Both the position numbers and the translations under genes were made by a program. Shown in pieces: positions 62,098 to 64,000 of a DNA stretch of 64,000 nt. The notes beneath the pieces are model-generated. The model made no database searches and was not told the DNA's origin. It saw nothing but the letters and a program-made list of their open reading frames with translations. The stretch is from assembly GCA_032654565.1 (NCBI GenBank), contig JAULAX010000017.1, forward strand, positions 320,001 through 384,000. Reading direction: 5' to 3'. The stretch is from Anaeromyxobacteraceae bacterium. Its GTDB lineage: Bacteria > Myxococcota > Myxococcia > Myxococcales > Anaeromyxobacteraceae. Position 1 is the first letter of the stretch. Every line of letters starts with the position of its first letter.

Positions 62098-63200
62098 GGG
62101 GCCGGCACCGCGGCCAGCACCGTGGCCAGCGCCGCCAGCAGCCGGGTGTTCTCGGCCGGCAGCCCCACCGTGAAGCGGAGCGCCGAGGGGAAGCCGTAGC
62201 CGGCCACCGGGCGGACCACCACCCCCTCGCGGAGCAGGGCCTCGAACAGCGCCGGGCCGCTCCGGCCGGGGAAGTCGGCCATGAGGAAGTTGCCCTGCGA
62301 CGGCGCCACCACCGCCCCCAGCGCCTTGAGCCCCGCCTCCAGCCGCGGGCGCTCCTCGCGCACCAGGGCCCGGGTCTTCTCGACGTGGTCGGTGTCGCCG
62401 AGCGCCGCCACCCCGGCCGCCTGGGCCACCAGGCTGGTGTTGAACGGGGCCCGGACCCGGTCGAGGAAGCCGACCAGCTCGGCGCGGGCCACGCCGTAGC
62501 CGAGCCGCAGCCCGGCCAGCCCGTAGATCTTGGAGAAGGTGCGCAGGATGACCAGGTTCGGGTACTTCTTGCGAAGCGCCAGCGCGTCCTGGAAGCCGGG
62601 CGCCTCCACGAACTCCACGTAGGCCTCGTCGAGCACCACCAGCGTCGACTTGGGCATGGCGTCGAGGAAGGGGACCAGCTCGCGCTCGGTGAACCAGGTG
62701 CCGGTGGGGTTGTCCGGGTTGGCGAGGAAGACCAGCTTGGTGCGGGAGTTGACGCGGGCCTTCAGGCCGTCGAGGTCGTAGTGGAAGCGCGCCTTCATGG
62801 GCGCCTCCACCAGGGTGCGTCCGTGGGCCTGGGTGGCCAGCCGGTAGGCCACGAAGCTCTGCGCCGAGGTCACCACCTCCTCGCCGTCGAGGACGAAGGT
62901 GCGGACCAGCAGCTCGATCAGCTCGTTGGAGCCGTTGCCGACGAAGACTTCCTCGAAGGCGACGCCGAGGTGGGCGGCCAGGGCCTGGCGCAGCAGGAAG
63001 GCCGAGCCGTCGGGGTAGAGGTGCACCTTGCCGGCCGCCTCCCGCGCCGCGGCCAGCGCCCGGGGGGACGGGCCCAGGGCGTTCTCGTTGGAGGCGAGCT
63101 TGGCGACGCCGGTGATCCCCAGCTCCCGCTCCACCTCCTCGATGGGCTTGCCGGGGACGTACGGGGTCAGCGAGGCGATGTTGGGCGGGACGAGGGCCAT
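62094..63200 (-). CDS. hisC: Histidinol-phosphate aminotransferase
   Basis: KLASNEN, GNGSNE, NPDNPTG, DEAY, RTFSKIYGLAGLRLGY. Confidence 0.95.
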
Positions 63201-63239
63201 GGCTGGCCCGTTTTCATATCACGGCCGTCCGTCGCCGCC

Positions 63240-64000
63240 CTACTCGTCGGAGGTGAAGACGCCGATGGCCCGGTACTTCCGGTAGCGATCGGCGACGATC
63301 TGCTCGGGCGAGAGCTGCTTGAGCTGGGCCAGGTGGCGGCGGATGGCCTCGCCGACGTTGCGGGCCGCCAGGGCGTGGTCGCGGTGGGCGCCGCCCAGCG
63401 GCTCGGTGACGATCTCGTCGGTGATGCCGAAGCCGGAGAGGTCCTTGGCGGTCAGCTTGAGGGCCTCGGCGCTCTTCTTGGCCTGCCCGGCGTCGCGGTA
63501 GAGGATGGAGCTGCAGCTCTCCGGCGAGATGACGTTGTACCAGCTGTACTGCAGCATCAGGATCCGGCTGGTGACGCCGAGGCCGAGCGCGCCGCCCGAG
63601 GCCCCCTCGCCGATCACCGTGGAGATGGTGGGCACCGAGAGCCCGGACATCACCTCGAGGTTGACGGCGATGGCCTCGGCCTGGCCGCGCTCCTCGGCGC
63701 CGATGCCCGGGTAGGCGCCCGGGGTGTCGATGAAGATGAGCACCGGCAGCCGGAACCGCTCGGCCAGGTCGAAGAGCCGGCGCGCCTTGCGGTAGCCCTC
63801 GGGGCGGGGCATCCCGAAGTTGCGCACCATGTTCTCCTTGGTGCTGCGCCCCTTCTGGTGGCCCATGAAGAGCACCGGCGCCCCGTCGAAGCGGGCGAAG
63901 CCGGAGACGATGGCCCGGTCGGCGGCGAAGCGCCGGTCGCCCTCGATCTCGAAGAAGTCGGTGAAGAGGTGCTTCAGGTAGTCGAGCGTGTAGGGCCGGT
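63240..64000 (-). CDS. accA: Acetyl-CoA carboxylase carboxyltransferase alpha (5' end outside the window)
   Basis: GHQKGR, RNFGMPRPEGYRKA, DTPGAYPGIGAEERGQ. Confidence 0.96.
   Translation of the reverse strand, partial: RPYTLDYLKHLFTDFFEIEGDRRFAADRAIVSGFARFDGAPVLFMGHQKGRSTKENMVRNFGMPRPEGYRKARRLFDLAERFRLPVLIFIDTPGAYPGIGAEERGQAEAIAVNLEVMSGLSVPTISTVIGEGASGGALGLGVTSRILMLQYSWYNVISPESCSSILYRDAGQAKKSAEALKLTAKDLSGFGITDEIVTEPLGGAHRDHALAARNVGEAIRRHLAQLKQLSPEQIVADRYRKYRAIGVFTSDE

Overview
Very GC-rich chromosomal window from a myxobacterium, most like Anaeromyxobacter (inferred from a LonD/BsgA-type Lon, Ser/Thr kinase-FHA/sigma54 activator operon and lid-less Hsp70 paralog). It is mostly housekeeping: lexA, lon, mutL, tmk, thrC, recG, greA, carB, coaD, rsmD, ppx/ppk1, pheA, uvrD-like, lapB, sppA, rpsA, ispH, cmk, hisC, accA, plus tRNA-Thr(CGT) and tRNA-Val(CAC). 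The best candidate for an undescribed element is a stand-alone ~74-nt sRNA at 12422-12495. It has a near-consensus sigma54 promoter, one long hairpin with a C9 loop and a U-tract, and lies just downstream of a kinase/FHA-sigma54-activator operon, recalling the Pxr architecture. Other signals: a ParD-like/zeta-like toxin-antitoxin pair enclosed by perfect 24-bp inverted repeats with no transposase, a ~1-kb integrase-less islet at tRNA-Val, and a possible attenuator in the greA leader. Two single-base homopolymer frameshifts (one in essential coaD) suggest assembly indel errors. No database searches were run; family calls rest on recognised motifs.
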